Source: an uncultured Alphaproteobacteria bacterium
GTDB taxonomy: Bacteria; Pseudomonadota; Alphaproteobacteria; Methylaequorales; Methylaequoraceae
Length of the DNA stretch: 64,000 nt
Reading direction: 5' to 3'
NCBI GenBank assembly: GCA_902530985.1
Contig: CACACI010000003.1
Span: 3,516-67,515 of the forward strand
A program made the position numbers and the translations under genes. Numbering within the stretch: position 1 is the stretch's first letter; each line of letters opens with the position of its first letter. The notes beneath the pieces are model-generated. The model had not been told where the DNA came from. It saw nothing but the letters and a program-made list of their open reading frames with translations, and did no database searches. This document shows positions 49,980 through 57,959 of the stretch, in pieces.

Positions 49980-50303
49980 TTAATATTGTAACAATTTTTT
50001 AAACTTAATTTCATCAATTATGTTGCTATTAAAAAAATTATTTATCTTAATTTTTAATTCATTAGAAGAGTATGACAATTCTAAAATATCTCTTTTTTCA
50101 GATACTATAGTTAATATATTTTTATTATTAATTCTCTGGAGTGAAGAAACAAAACAGATTCTACTGAATTCTGGTTCAAGGATTTTATCCCAGTTCATTT
50201 TTATTTCTAATAAAATGCTACCATTTCTTTTTTTTAAGGGTTTAAAAATTTTTGGTAAAAGGGTTGCAACTTTTACTGGGTGTTTAATATAATTTTTGTT
50301 CAC
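49980..50303 (-). CDS. DUF721 domain protein (DciA-like)
   Basis: It is about 107 aa and shows W..I....F...C.....-type spacing (MNWDKILEPEFSRICFVSSLQ...ILTIVSEKRDILELSYSSNELKIKIN). This matches the DUF721 pattern and the usual position beside mutY in alphaproteobacteria. The only full-length start is GTG at 50303. Confidence 0.6.
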   Translation of the reverse strand: MNKNYIKHPVKVATLLPKIFKPLKKRNGSILLEIKMNWDKILEPEFSRICFVSSLQRINNKNILTIVSEKRDILELSYSSNELKIKINNFFNSNIIDEIKFKKLLQY

Positions 50304-50304
50304 A

Positions 50305-51363
50305 ATGGAAGAATATCATATTGACATAAAATTCAAGAGTGCTTGGAAAAAAAAAATTCATAATTGGTATTTATTAAATAAAAGAGATTTACCGTGGAGA
50401 ATGAAAGAAAACCAAAATTTTTATTGTATTTGGATCTCTGAAGTAATGTTGCAGCAAACGCAGGTATCTGTAGTAATACCTTTTTATAAAAAATTTTTAA
50501 AGAGATGGCCAACATTAGAGTTTTTTTTTGAGGCAGAATTGGAGGAAATTTTGTCTATCTGGCAAGGAATGGGATATTATAAACGAGCACTAAACCTGTT
50601 TAAAGCTAAAGAATTATTAAAAAAAAAAAAAATTCACATAGAGTCTTCATCTCTAAAAGAATTACCAGGGGTGGGGGATTATATTAGTAGTGCTATTTCT
50701 GCTATTCTAGTAGATGAGCCATGTCCAGTAATTGATAGTAATATAAAAAGAATCATAGTTAGAGTCTTTGGATTGAACAAGGATAATAAATCTTTACCAA
50801 GAAAAATAAAAAGTATATCGGCTCAATTAACACCTAATTCAGGAAATGGAGATTATTGTCAATCTTTAATGGATTTGGCTAATAAGATTTGTAAATCAAA
50901 CAATCCAGAATGTGATATTTGTCCTGTCTCTTTTTTATGTGAATCAAAAGGAAAAAGTTTTTCAAAAAAAAAATTAAAAATAATAGACAGAAAGATTACA
51001 GTAGCCTTTGTAATTCAAAGCGAAGAATATTTTTTAATCGAAAGAACCTCAAAAAATTTATTGCAGAACCTTTTTTGTTTTCCATTAAGCGAATTTGTGG
51101 AGATTGAGAAAAATAAAAATAATAAAAAATATTTAAATCAGAATGCATTAGATTGGATGGAAAAAAATAAAATTAAAACTCAATATAAATTTTTAGGTGA
51201 AGTATCTCATAAATTTAGTCATTTTCATTTGAAAGTATTGATAGTTAAGCTAAGATTATTAAAAAAAAAAAAATTAAAAAATTTTTTTTGGTTAACATTA
51301 AATGATTTGAAAAGAAAACCAATTTCGAGGCTTATGTTTAAAATTATAGAAAAAGTTGAATGA
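50305..51363 (+). CDS. mutY: A/G-specific adenine DNA glycosylase
   Basis: The motifs are LPWR, WISEVMLQQTQV, an HhH-GPD region LPGVGDYISSAI, the 4Fe-4S loop CKSNNPECDICPVSFLC (C-x6-C-x2-C-x5-C) and a C-terminal NUDIX-like domain. I use the ATG at 50305, but the track's TTG at 50296 is also possible. Confidence 0.9.
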   Translation: MEEYHIDIKFKSAWKKKIHNWYLLNKRDLPWRMKENQNFYCIWISEVMLQQTQVSVVIPFYKKFLKRWPTLEFFFEAELEEILSIWQGMGYYKRALNLFKAKELLKKKKIHIESSSLKELPGVGDYISSAISAILVDEPCPVIDSNIKRIIVRVFGLNKDNKSLPRKIKSISAQLTPNSGNGDYCQSLMDLANKICKSNNPECDICPVSFLCESKGKSFSKKKLKIIDRKITVAFVIQSEEYFLIERTSKNLLQNLFCFPLSEFVEIEKNKNNKKYLNQNALDWMEKNKIKTQYKFLGEVSHKFSHFHLKVLIVKLRLLKKKKLKNFFWLTLNDLKRKPISRLMFKIIEKVE

Positions 51364-51686
51364 AAAATTTACTTAAACTTATTTGCCTTACATTTTTTTT
51401 TCCTTCTGATGTTATTTTATCACAAGAAAATGAAAGTTTTATGAGTGATCATGAAAAAGCAATAAGGGCTGTTAATGATGGTGAGATTTTAACATTAGAC
51501 CAAATATTAGAAAAAATTAATAGAAATTTTGATGGTAGAGTAATATCTATAAATTTAAAGGATAATGAAAAGGGTTTATTTGGTTGGGTCTATGATATAA
51601 TGATAATTGAGACTGACAATAAAGTAAAACAAATACGTTTAGATGCTGGCACTTCTACTGTTCTGTCAGTGATTTCAGGAGATTGA
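51360..51686 (+). CDS. PepSY domain periplasmic protein
   Basis: It has a signal peptide. The PepSY-like core is AIRAVNDGEILTLDQI...GRVISINLKD...WVYDIMIIETDNKVKQIRLDAGT. There is an ATGA overlap with the mutY stop. Confidence 0.7.
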   Translation: MKNLLKLICLTFFFPSDVILSQENESFMSDHEKAIRAVNDGEILTLDQILEKINRNFDGRVISINLKDNEKGLFGWVYDIMIIETDNKVKQIRLDAGTSTVLSVISGD

Positions 51687-51687
51687 T

Positions 51688-52353
51688 TTGAGAATATTGT
51701 TAATTGAAGACGATCCAGATTTGAACAATCAGATTAAAAGTTCATTAGAAGATTCTGGTTATTCTATAGATACAGCTTTAGATGGAGAAGAGGGACATTT
51801 TCTTGGAGATACCGAACCCTACGATGCAGTAGTTCTTGATCTAGGTTTGCCAAAAATAGATGGCATAACAGTTTTAGAGAAGTGGAGAAAAGATCAAAAA
51901 AATTTTCCAGTGCTTATTTTAACTGCAAGAGATCAATGGAGTGATAAAGTATCGGGTTTTGACGCTGGAGCAGATGATTACTTAGCGAAGCCATTTCAAA
52001 TGGAAGAACTCCTTGCTAGATTAAGAGCTTTAATAAGAAGGTCTGCGGGACATGCTTCATCAGACATTGAATGTGGTCCTTTAAAAATTGATACTAAATC
52101 AAATAAAGTTTTTTTGAATGGTACAAAACTCAAGTTAACATCACACGAGTACAAAATAATAGAATATTTTCTTCATCATCAAGACAAAGTTATAACTAGG
52201 ACAGAGTTAGTAGAGCATATATATGACCAAGACTTTGACAGAGATTCAAACACTATAGAAGTTTTTATAGGACGGTTGCGAAAAAAAATGGGAATAAACC
52301 TTATTAAAACTGAAAGAGGATATGGTTATAGATTATCTATAGATAGAGAATAA
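51688..52353 (+). CDS. OmpR/PhoP-family response regulator
   Basis: The receiver domain shows MRILLIEDD (TTG start at 51688), the phospho-acceptor region DAVVLDLGLPKIDG and the K in DDYLAKPF. The winged-helix output domain shows LTSHEYKIIEYF and ERGYGYRL. Confidence 0.92.
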   Translation: MRILLIEDDPDLNNQIKSSLEDSGYSIDTALDGEEGHFLGDTEPYDAVVLDLGLPKIDGITVLEKWRKDQKNFPVLILTARDQWSDKVSGFDAGADDYLAKPFQMEELLARLRALIRRSAGHASSDIECGPLKIDTKSNKVFLNGTKLKLTSHEYKIIEYFLHHQDKVITRTELVEHIYDQDFDRDSNTIEVFIGRLRKKMGINLIKTERGYGYRLSIDRE

Positions 52354-52354
52354 A

Positions 52355-53719
52355 ATGAATTCACTTGCTGTTAGACTTTTTTTTAGTGCAACAATTTGGA
52401 TCATGTTCACTCTCATATCTGCTGGATTACTTTTATCAGATTTGAATCAAAAAACAAATTTCAGTGCATTTGACGATAGATTAAATCTTCTTTTGGAAAC
52501 TTTAATTGGTGCTAGTAGAGTAGATTCATCAGATGGAATAACGGTTGTTAGCACAATTGGAGATCCTAGATTTTTTCAGCCATATTCAGGGTGGTATTGG
52601 CAAGTAAGTAATGGATCTAAGCCTCTTGTTAGATCGCGATCAATGTGGGATCAAGTATTTACAAATGATAAAAGACTAATTGGTGGTAGATCTCAATTTA
52701 TTAATAATGTAGGTAAAAGTAATAAGAAAGATGATTATATTGAAACAAAAAAATTACACATTATTGAAAGAAATATTTCATTTCCAGGCATAGATGAGCC
52801 TATTACCTTTATTGTATCTGGCGATACCCAAGAATATCAACAAAATATAAAGAAATTTGATAATACATTATCAGTGATATTGTTTATTCTTGGAACTGGT
52901 CTAATGATTGCAGTTTTTCTTCAGGTAAAGTTTGGATTGTTGCCACTTAATAAAATTAAAGCATCTTTATTTAAAGTAAGGAATGGAGATGAAGAAAAAT
53001 TAATTGACCCGTACCCTTTAGAAGTCCAGCCACTAGCAAGCGAAATTAATGAATTGCTTGAGCATAATGCAAAGATAATTGATAGAGCTAAAACTCATGT
53101 AGGTAATTTAGCTCATGTTTTAAAAACACCTTTGGCTGTTATTTCGAATGAGATAAAAAGTGGAGATAATACTATGAATAATCAAGTATCATTGATGAAA
53201 AGGCATATAGATAGGTATTTAAAAAAAGCCCATTTAGAGTCGGTTGGTAAGGCATCTAAAGAAAAGATTGACATAATTATTTTAATTACAAAAATGATTT
53301 CTATTTTTAAAAAACTTTATCCCGATGTTAAAATTTTTTTTAATTATAAATTAAAACATGCTCTGGTTTTTGGAAGTATGGATGACATGGAAGAGGTTAT
53401 TGGTAATTTAATAGAAAATGCATGTAAGTATGGTAAAAGTAAAATTTTTGTAGAAATAAAATCTCTTAAAGAAGGCCGGATTAGGTTGACTATATCTGAC
53501 GATGGAATGGGTTTATCATTAAATGAAATGAAAAAGGTTTTTGCAAGAGGTTTTAGAATAGATGAACAAAAACCAGGAACAGGTTTGGGTCTAAATATTG
53601 TTAAAGATGTAGTTGAGACTTACATGAAAGGTAAAGTTAATCTTCAGAAATCTCCTAAATTAGGTGGATTACAAGTTAATATCTTGCTTCCTTTAATTAA
53701 CGTCCAAAAATCTTTTTAA
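52355..53719 (+). CDS. Sensor histidine kinase, PhoQ-like
   Basis: It has two TM segments flanking a periplasmic domain of about 150 aa. The motifs are H-box GNLAHVLKTPLAV, N-box IENACKYG, G1 DDGMGL and G2 GTGLGLNIV. Confidence 0.9.
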   Translation: MNSLAVRLFFSATIWIMFTLISAGLLLSDLNQKTNFSAFDDRLNLLLETLIGASRVDSSDGITVVSTIGDPRFFQPYSGWYWQVSNGSKPLVRSRSMWDQVFTNDKRLIGGRSQFINNVGKSNKKDDYIETKKLHIIERNISFPGIDEPITFIVSGDTQEYQQNIKKFDNTLSVILFILGTGLMIAVFLQVKFGLLPLNKIKASLFKVRNGDEEKLIDPYPLEVQPLASEINELLEHNAKIIDRAKTHVGNLAHVLKTPLAVISNEIKSGDNTMNNQVSLMKRHIDRYLKKAHLESVGKASKEKIDIIILITKMISIFKKLYPDVKIFFNYKLKHALVFGSMDDMEEVIGNLIENACKYGKSKIFVEIKSLKEGRIRLTISDDGMGLSLNEMKKVFARGFRIDEQKPGTGLGLNIVKDVVETYMKGKVNLQKSPKLGGLQVNILLPLINVQKSF

Positions 53720-54340
53720 AAAGCTTTTACGGTGAATTCTTGTAATTCCATATTTTTTTATTGCCTCAACATGTTTTGTAGTTCCATATCCTTTATTTTC
53801 TTCCCACCCATAAATGGGGTAGATCTTAGAATAGTATCTCATTAATTTATCTCTCCAAACTTTTGCTACGATTGAAGCGGCTGCTATGCATACAGATTTT
53901 CGATCTCCACCCTTAATAAAAGTTGTTCTTTCATTTAAGTTAAAAGTCTTAACACCATCAATCTTAATTGAGTTTTTATTTTTCTTAAATATTTCATATG
54001 CTCTAATCATTGAGAGGTTTGTTGCTTTAAGAATATTCGTATTATCAATCTCTTTATTATTTGCTTTGCCAATAGAATATATCGAATTTTCTTTTATAAA
54101 TTTAGCGAGATAGTTTCTTTTTTTTTCATTTAATTTTTTTGAATCATTGATTTGTAAAACTAGATTGTTCTTTAAAATTTTTTTTGATAAAAGAACTGAG
54201 CACGAAACCACAGGACCACATAAAGCCCCTCTTCCTACTTCATCTATCCCAATTACTTGGTCTTTTATGTCATCTAAAAACAATTTGACTACTATTAACA
54301 AATCTTTTACTAATATTAAAATTTTAATTAAGTTAGTCAA
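53693..54340 (-). CDS. rnhB: Ribonuclease HII
   Basis: The motifs are VIGIDEVGRGALCGPVVS, DSKKL, SIAAASIVAKVWRD and GYGT..H. The N-terminal 25 aa are uncertain. Confidence 0.9.
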   Translation of the reverse strand: MTNLIKILILVKDLLIVVKLFLDDIKDQVIGIDEVGRGALCGPVVSCSVLLSKKILKNNLVLQINDSKKLNEKKRNYLAKFIKENSIYSIGKANNKEIDNTNILKATNLSMIRAYEIFKKNKNSIKIDGVKTFNLNERTTFIKGGDRKSVCIAAASIVAKVWRDKLMRYYSKIYPIYGWEENKGYGTTKHVEAIKKYGITRIHRKSFLKRFLDVN

Positions 54341-54342
54341 TT

Positions 54343-54954
54343 ATGAGAATTAATATTTTTAGTAATTATTTCTATGTCACATTAATAAGTTTATTTTTGT
54401 GTTTTTTTTCCGGCTATACCTCAGCCAAGACAGTTATAGACGTTATATCTGAGAATAATGATTTATCAAATTTTTATTCTTACTTGCAGAAATTAGGGTT
54501 AGATAAATTACTAAAAAAAAAGCTTCCTTGGAATTGGACAATTTTTGCACCAAGTAATAAAGCCTTTAATGATGCTCCCTTAATTTTAAAGGAAGAGATT
54601 CTTCAAGATGATTTTTTTAGTAAAAATTTATTTATGGATCATATTATGGCAGGTCATAAAACAAGTCTTGATTTAGATGAGCAAGTAACAACTCAACTAA
54701 CAGTCAGTAATAAACCTCTCCAAATTTATAAAAGTAAAAAATTATATGTTAAGGATATGGTAGTTGTTAAAGAAGATTTAATTGGTGAAAATGGTGTTGT
54801 TCATATGATTGATTGCATAATGTTCGTTCAACCAAGTCTAGAAGATATCAGAGTTTCTGAAGATTTAAGAAAAAACTTTCCAATTACATCTTGTTGTATG
54901 CGAGATCTTAATGAAATTAATTCTTTTAAACAAAGTGCTACGAACAAGTATTAA
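54343..54954 (+). CDS. Fasciclin (FAS1) domain protein, secreted
   Basis: It has a signal peptide. The FAS1 H1/H2 boxes are WTIFAPSNKAFND and NGVVHMIDCIM. Confidence 0.8.
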   Translation: MRINIFSNYFYVTLISLFLCFFSGYTSAKTVIDVISENNDLSNFYSYLQKLGLDKLLKKKLPWNWTIFAPSNKAFNDAPLILKEEILQDDFFSKNLFMDHIMAGHKTSLDLDEQVTTQLTVSNKPLQIYKSKKLYVKDMVVVKEDLIGENGVVHMIDCIMFVQPSLEDIRVSEDLRKNFPITSCCMRDLNEINSFKQSATNKY

Positions 54955-54984
54955 AACACTAAGTTTTGTTATCATTAAAAGTTT

Positions 54985-55506
54985 TCATTCAATTAATCGT
55001 GGAATTAAATCAACTAGGTTGCAGGGCTTAGTTCTTGAATCTAACTGATATTTTAAGATTTCATCCCAAGCATCTTTACATGCATTTGGCGAACCAGGTA
55101 AAGCAAATAAAAATGTTTCATTCATAACGCCACCTATAGCTCTCGATTGAAGAGACGATGTTCCAATTTTTTTGAAGCTTATATTCCTAAACATCTCCCC
55201 AAACCCAGGTATTTCTTTGGTCATAATTTTTTTTAAAACTTCAGGTGTTGAATCTCTGCCTGTCAAACCTGTTCCACCAGATAGAATTATTACATCTGAA
55301 TTTTTACTTTTTACGATTTTTTTAATATTTTCTTCGATATCTTCTGGATTATCTTTCAAGTAAATTTTTTTCTTAAGTTCATGTCCAGATTTTATAATTC
55401 TTTCTGCAAGGATTTTTCCAGATTTATCTGAAGACTCATTCCTAGTATCTGAAACTATTATAACAGATATTTTTAAACTTTTAGATTTTTCGGTTTTATT
55501 AATCAT
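54985..55506 (-). CDS. moaB: Molybdenum cofactor biosynthesis protein B (MoaB/Mog family)
   Basis: The motifs are VIIVSDTR, DVIILSGGTGLTGRDSTPE and LPGSPNA. Confidence 0.8.
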   Translation of the reverse strand: MINKTEKSKSLKISVIIVSDTRNESSDKSGKILAERIIKSGHELKKKIYLKDNPEDIEENIKKIVKSKNSDVIILSGGTGLTGRDSTPEVLKKIMTKEIPGFGEMFRNISFKKIGTSSLQSRAIGGVMNETFLFALPGSPNACKDAWDEILKYQLDSRTKPCNLVDLIPRLIE

Positions 55507-55512
55507 AATACA

Positions 55513-56259
55513 TTATAAAATATTTTCTTTTCTTATAAATTCATCTATCTCAATTAAGTCATCCCATGTTCTTTTTTTTTCAATTGGATTTCTCATCAGA
55601 TAAGCTGGATGAAAGATCGCTCTAGCTGGAATTCGGATATTATAATCTTCATCTGTGTAAAAATGTTTTTGTCCTCTTAGTTTTGTGATACCTTCTTTAG
55701 AATTTAATAGACTTTTAGCAGCAATACTGCCAACAAAGATTAAAAGTTGTGGATTTATTATTCTTATATGTTTCTTTGTTAAAAGTAAACACTTCGATAT
55801 CTCTTTGTCATTGGGAGTCCTATTTCCTGGAGGTCTCCAAAAAACAATATTTGTAATGTAAAGCTGTTTTCTTGAAAGTCCAATGAAACTTAACATTTTA
55901 TCCAAAAGTTGGCCTGCTTCTCCAACAAAGGGCTTTCCTAATAAATCTTCTTTTGCACCGGGAGCTTCCCCCAGTATCATTATTCTAGAGTTATAATCTC
56001 CATCAGAAAGTACAACATTTGTAGCAACTTCCTTTAGGCTACAATCTAAGATATTTATTTCTTCTTTTAGTTTTTTAAGTTCATCTAATTTAGATAATAC
56101 AGTCATTTCATTTTCTTTTATTTTAGATGTTTCTTTGAATTCTTTAAATTTTTTGTTCTTTTTTAAAGCAAATTTATTTCTTGGTTTTTGAGAAATACAA
56201 TTTGTGACTCCCAAAAATCTATAAAACTCAATAAAAGACTTTATGTTTTTAACTTTCAT
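55513..56259 (-). CDS. Uracil-DNA glycosylase, family 4-like, with an N-terminal extension of about 80 aa
   Basis: Motif A is GEAPGAKEDLLGKPFVGEAGQLL and motif B is HPAYLMRNP. Two of the four usual Fe-S cysteines appear substituted (see findings). Confidence 0.85.
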   Translation of the reverse strand: MKVKNIKSFIEFYRFLGVTNCISQKPRNKFALKKNKKFKEFKETSKIKENEMTVLSKLDELKKLKEEINILDCSLKEVATNVVLSDGDYNSRIMILGEAPGAKEDLLGKPFVGEAGQLLDKMLSFIGLSRKQLYITNIVFWRPPGNRTPNDKEISKCLLLTKKHIRIINPQLLIFVGSIAAKSLLNSKEGITKLRGQKHFYTDEDYNIRIPARAIFHPAYLMRNPIEKKRTWDDLIEIDEFIRKENIL

Positions 56260-56312
56260 GAATATATATTTAATATGTATTATTATAATATTAAATGATT
56301 GAGAAAAAATAA

Positions 56313-57959
56313 ATGAATATTACAAGAGAAAAGATGAATTATGATCTTGTGATTGTTGGAGCAGGGCCTTCTGGTTTGTCAGCAGCAATTAATTTTAAAA
56401 AGCTCTGTAAAAAAAATAATAAAGAATACAGTGTGTGTGTTGTTGAAAAAGGCTCTGAAGTTGGAGCACATATACTTTCTGGCGCAATTCTTGAACCTAG
56501 AGCATTAAATGAATTGATTGAGAATTGGCAAAATATAGAAGATTGTCCAGTTAAAGTTCCAGTTAAAAATGAATCCCTTAAATTCTTAACTGAAAAAAAT
56601 TCTTACAATATACCTGGAATTTTTACTCCTTCAGTTATGCATAATAAAGGTAACTTTATCATTTCACTTGGCTCGTTCTGCAAATGGTTATCAAAACAAG
56701 CTGAAAATCTAGGTATAGAAATTTATCCAGGTTTTGCAGCATCTGAAATTTTGATTGAGAATGGAAAGTTAAATGGAATTATTACTGGTGACTTAGGAAT
56801 AAATAAAAATGGTGAACAAGGTTCAAATTTTCAACCAGGGATTGAAATATATTCTAAATATACTCTTTTTGCTGAAGGTTGCAGAGGGCACTTAGGTAAA
56901 AGGTTAATGGATGAATTTAATCTCAGAGATAATGTTCAACACCAAACCTATGGAATAGGATTAAAAGAACTTTGGGAAATTAAAAATGAAAATTCTAATC
57001 CAGGAGAAGTTTGTCATTCTATCGGTTGGCCATTGGATAATGAGACCTATGGTGGTTCATTCCTTTATCACCTTGATAAAAATCTTGTGTCATTCGGTTT
57101 TGTCATAGGTCTTGATTATAAGAACCCATACCTTTCACCTTATGAAGAATTTCAAAGATTTAAAATGCACCCTAAAATGAAATATGTTTTTGAAGGTGGA
57201 AGAAGAATCTCGTATGGTGCAAGAGCCTTAAATGAAGGTGGTTTTCAATCACTCCCTAAATTATCATTTCCAGGTGGTGCAATTATTGGGTGTGATGCAG
57301 GTACTTTAAACACTCCAAAAATCAAAGGTACTCATACTGCAATGAAATCTGGAATGATTGCTTCAGAATTAGTTTACAACGAATTAGAATTAAAAAAAGA
57401 AAACACAGAAATTTCAAATTTTTGTGAAACTTTTCAAAATTCGTGGGCTGGAAAAGAATTAAAAGCGGCTAGAAATGTTAGACCTTCATTTAAACACGGA
57501 TTAAGAATTGGAATGATTCTTTCAGGTATAGATCAAATAATTTTTAGAGGAAAAGCACCATGGACATTAAAACATGCTGAAGAGGATCATTTATCTTTGA
57601 GGAAGAAAACTGAATCAAAAAAAATTGAATATCCAAAAGCCGATGGAATAATTACATTTGATAGGCTTACAAATGTGTCATTTTCTTCTACCTATCATGA
57701 AGAAAACCAACCCTGTCATCTAAAACTTAATAATCTAATGGTTCCAATTTCTAACAACCTGGAGTTTTTTGATTCTCCTGAGCAAAGATATTGTCCAGCT
57801 GGAGTATACGAAATTTTATATGAAAGGGAATCCCCTATTCTTCAAATTAATGCTCAGAATTGTATTCATTGTAAAACTTGTGATATCAAAGATCCAACTC
57901 AAAATATCAATTGGATAACTCCTGAGGGAGGAGGTGGTCCAAATTATACAAACATGTAA
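56313..57959 (+). CDS. Electron transfer flavoprotein-ubiquinone oxidoreductase
   Basis: It has the FAD fold VGAGPSGLSAA, the string GCRGHLGK, and a C-terminal 4Fe-4S region CPAGVYE...NCIHCKTCDIKDP...GGGGPNY. Confidence 0.95.
   Translation: MNITREKMNYDLVIVGAGPSGLSAAINFKKLCKKNNKEYSVCVVEKGSEVGAHILSGAILEPRALNELIENWQNIEDCPVKVPVKNESLKFLTEKNSYNIPGIFTPSVMHNKGNFIISLGSFCKWLSKQAENLGIEIYPGFAASEILIENGKLNGIITGDLGINKNGEQGSNFQPGIEIYSKYTLFAEGCRGHLGKRLMDEFNLRDNVQHQTYGIGLKELWEIKNENSNPGEVCHSIGWPLDNETYGGSFLYHLDKNLVSFGFVIGLDYKNPYLSPYEEFQRFKMHPKMKYVFEGGRRISYGARALNEGGFQSLPKLSFPGGAIIGCDAGTLNTPKIKGTHTAMKSGMIASELVYNELELKKENTEISNFCETFQNSWAGKELKAARNVRPSFKHGLRIGMILSGIDQIIFRGKAPWTLKHAEEDHLSLRKKTESKKIEYPKADGIITFDRLTNVSFSSTYHEENQPCHLKLNNLMVPISNNLEFFDSPEQRYCPAGVYEILYERESPILQINAQNCIHCKTCDIKDPTQNINWITPEGGGGPNYTNM

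Noticed and set aside
54953-54967. A possible terminator hairpin (AAAAC-ACTAA-GTTTT) in the only convergent spacer, between the fasciclin gene and moaB
   Set aside because: The stem is only 5 bp with a single G:C pair and no clear U-tract context. It is too weak to call an intrinsic terminator.
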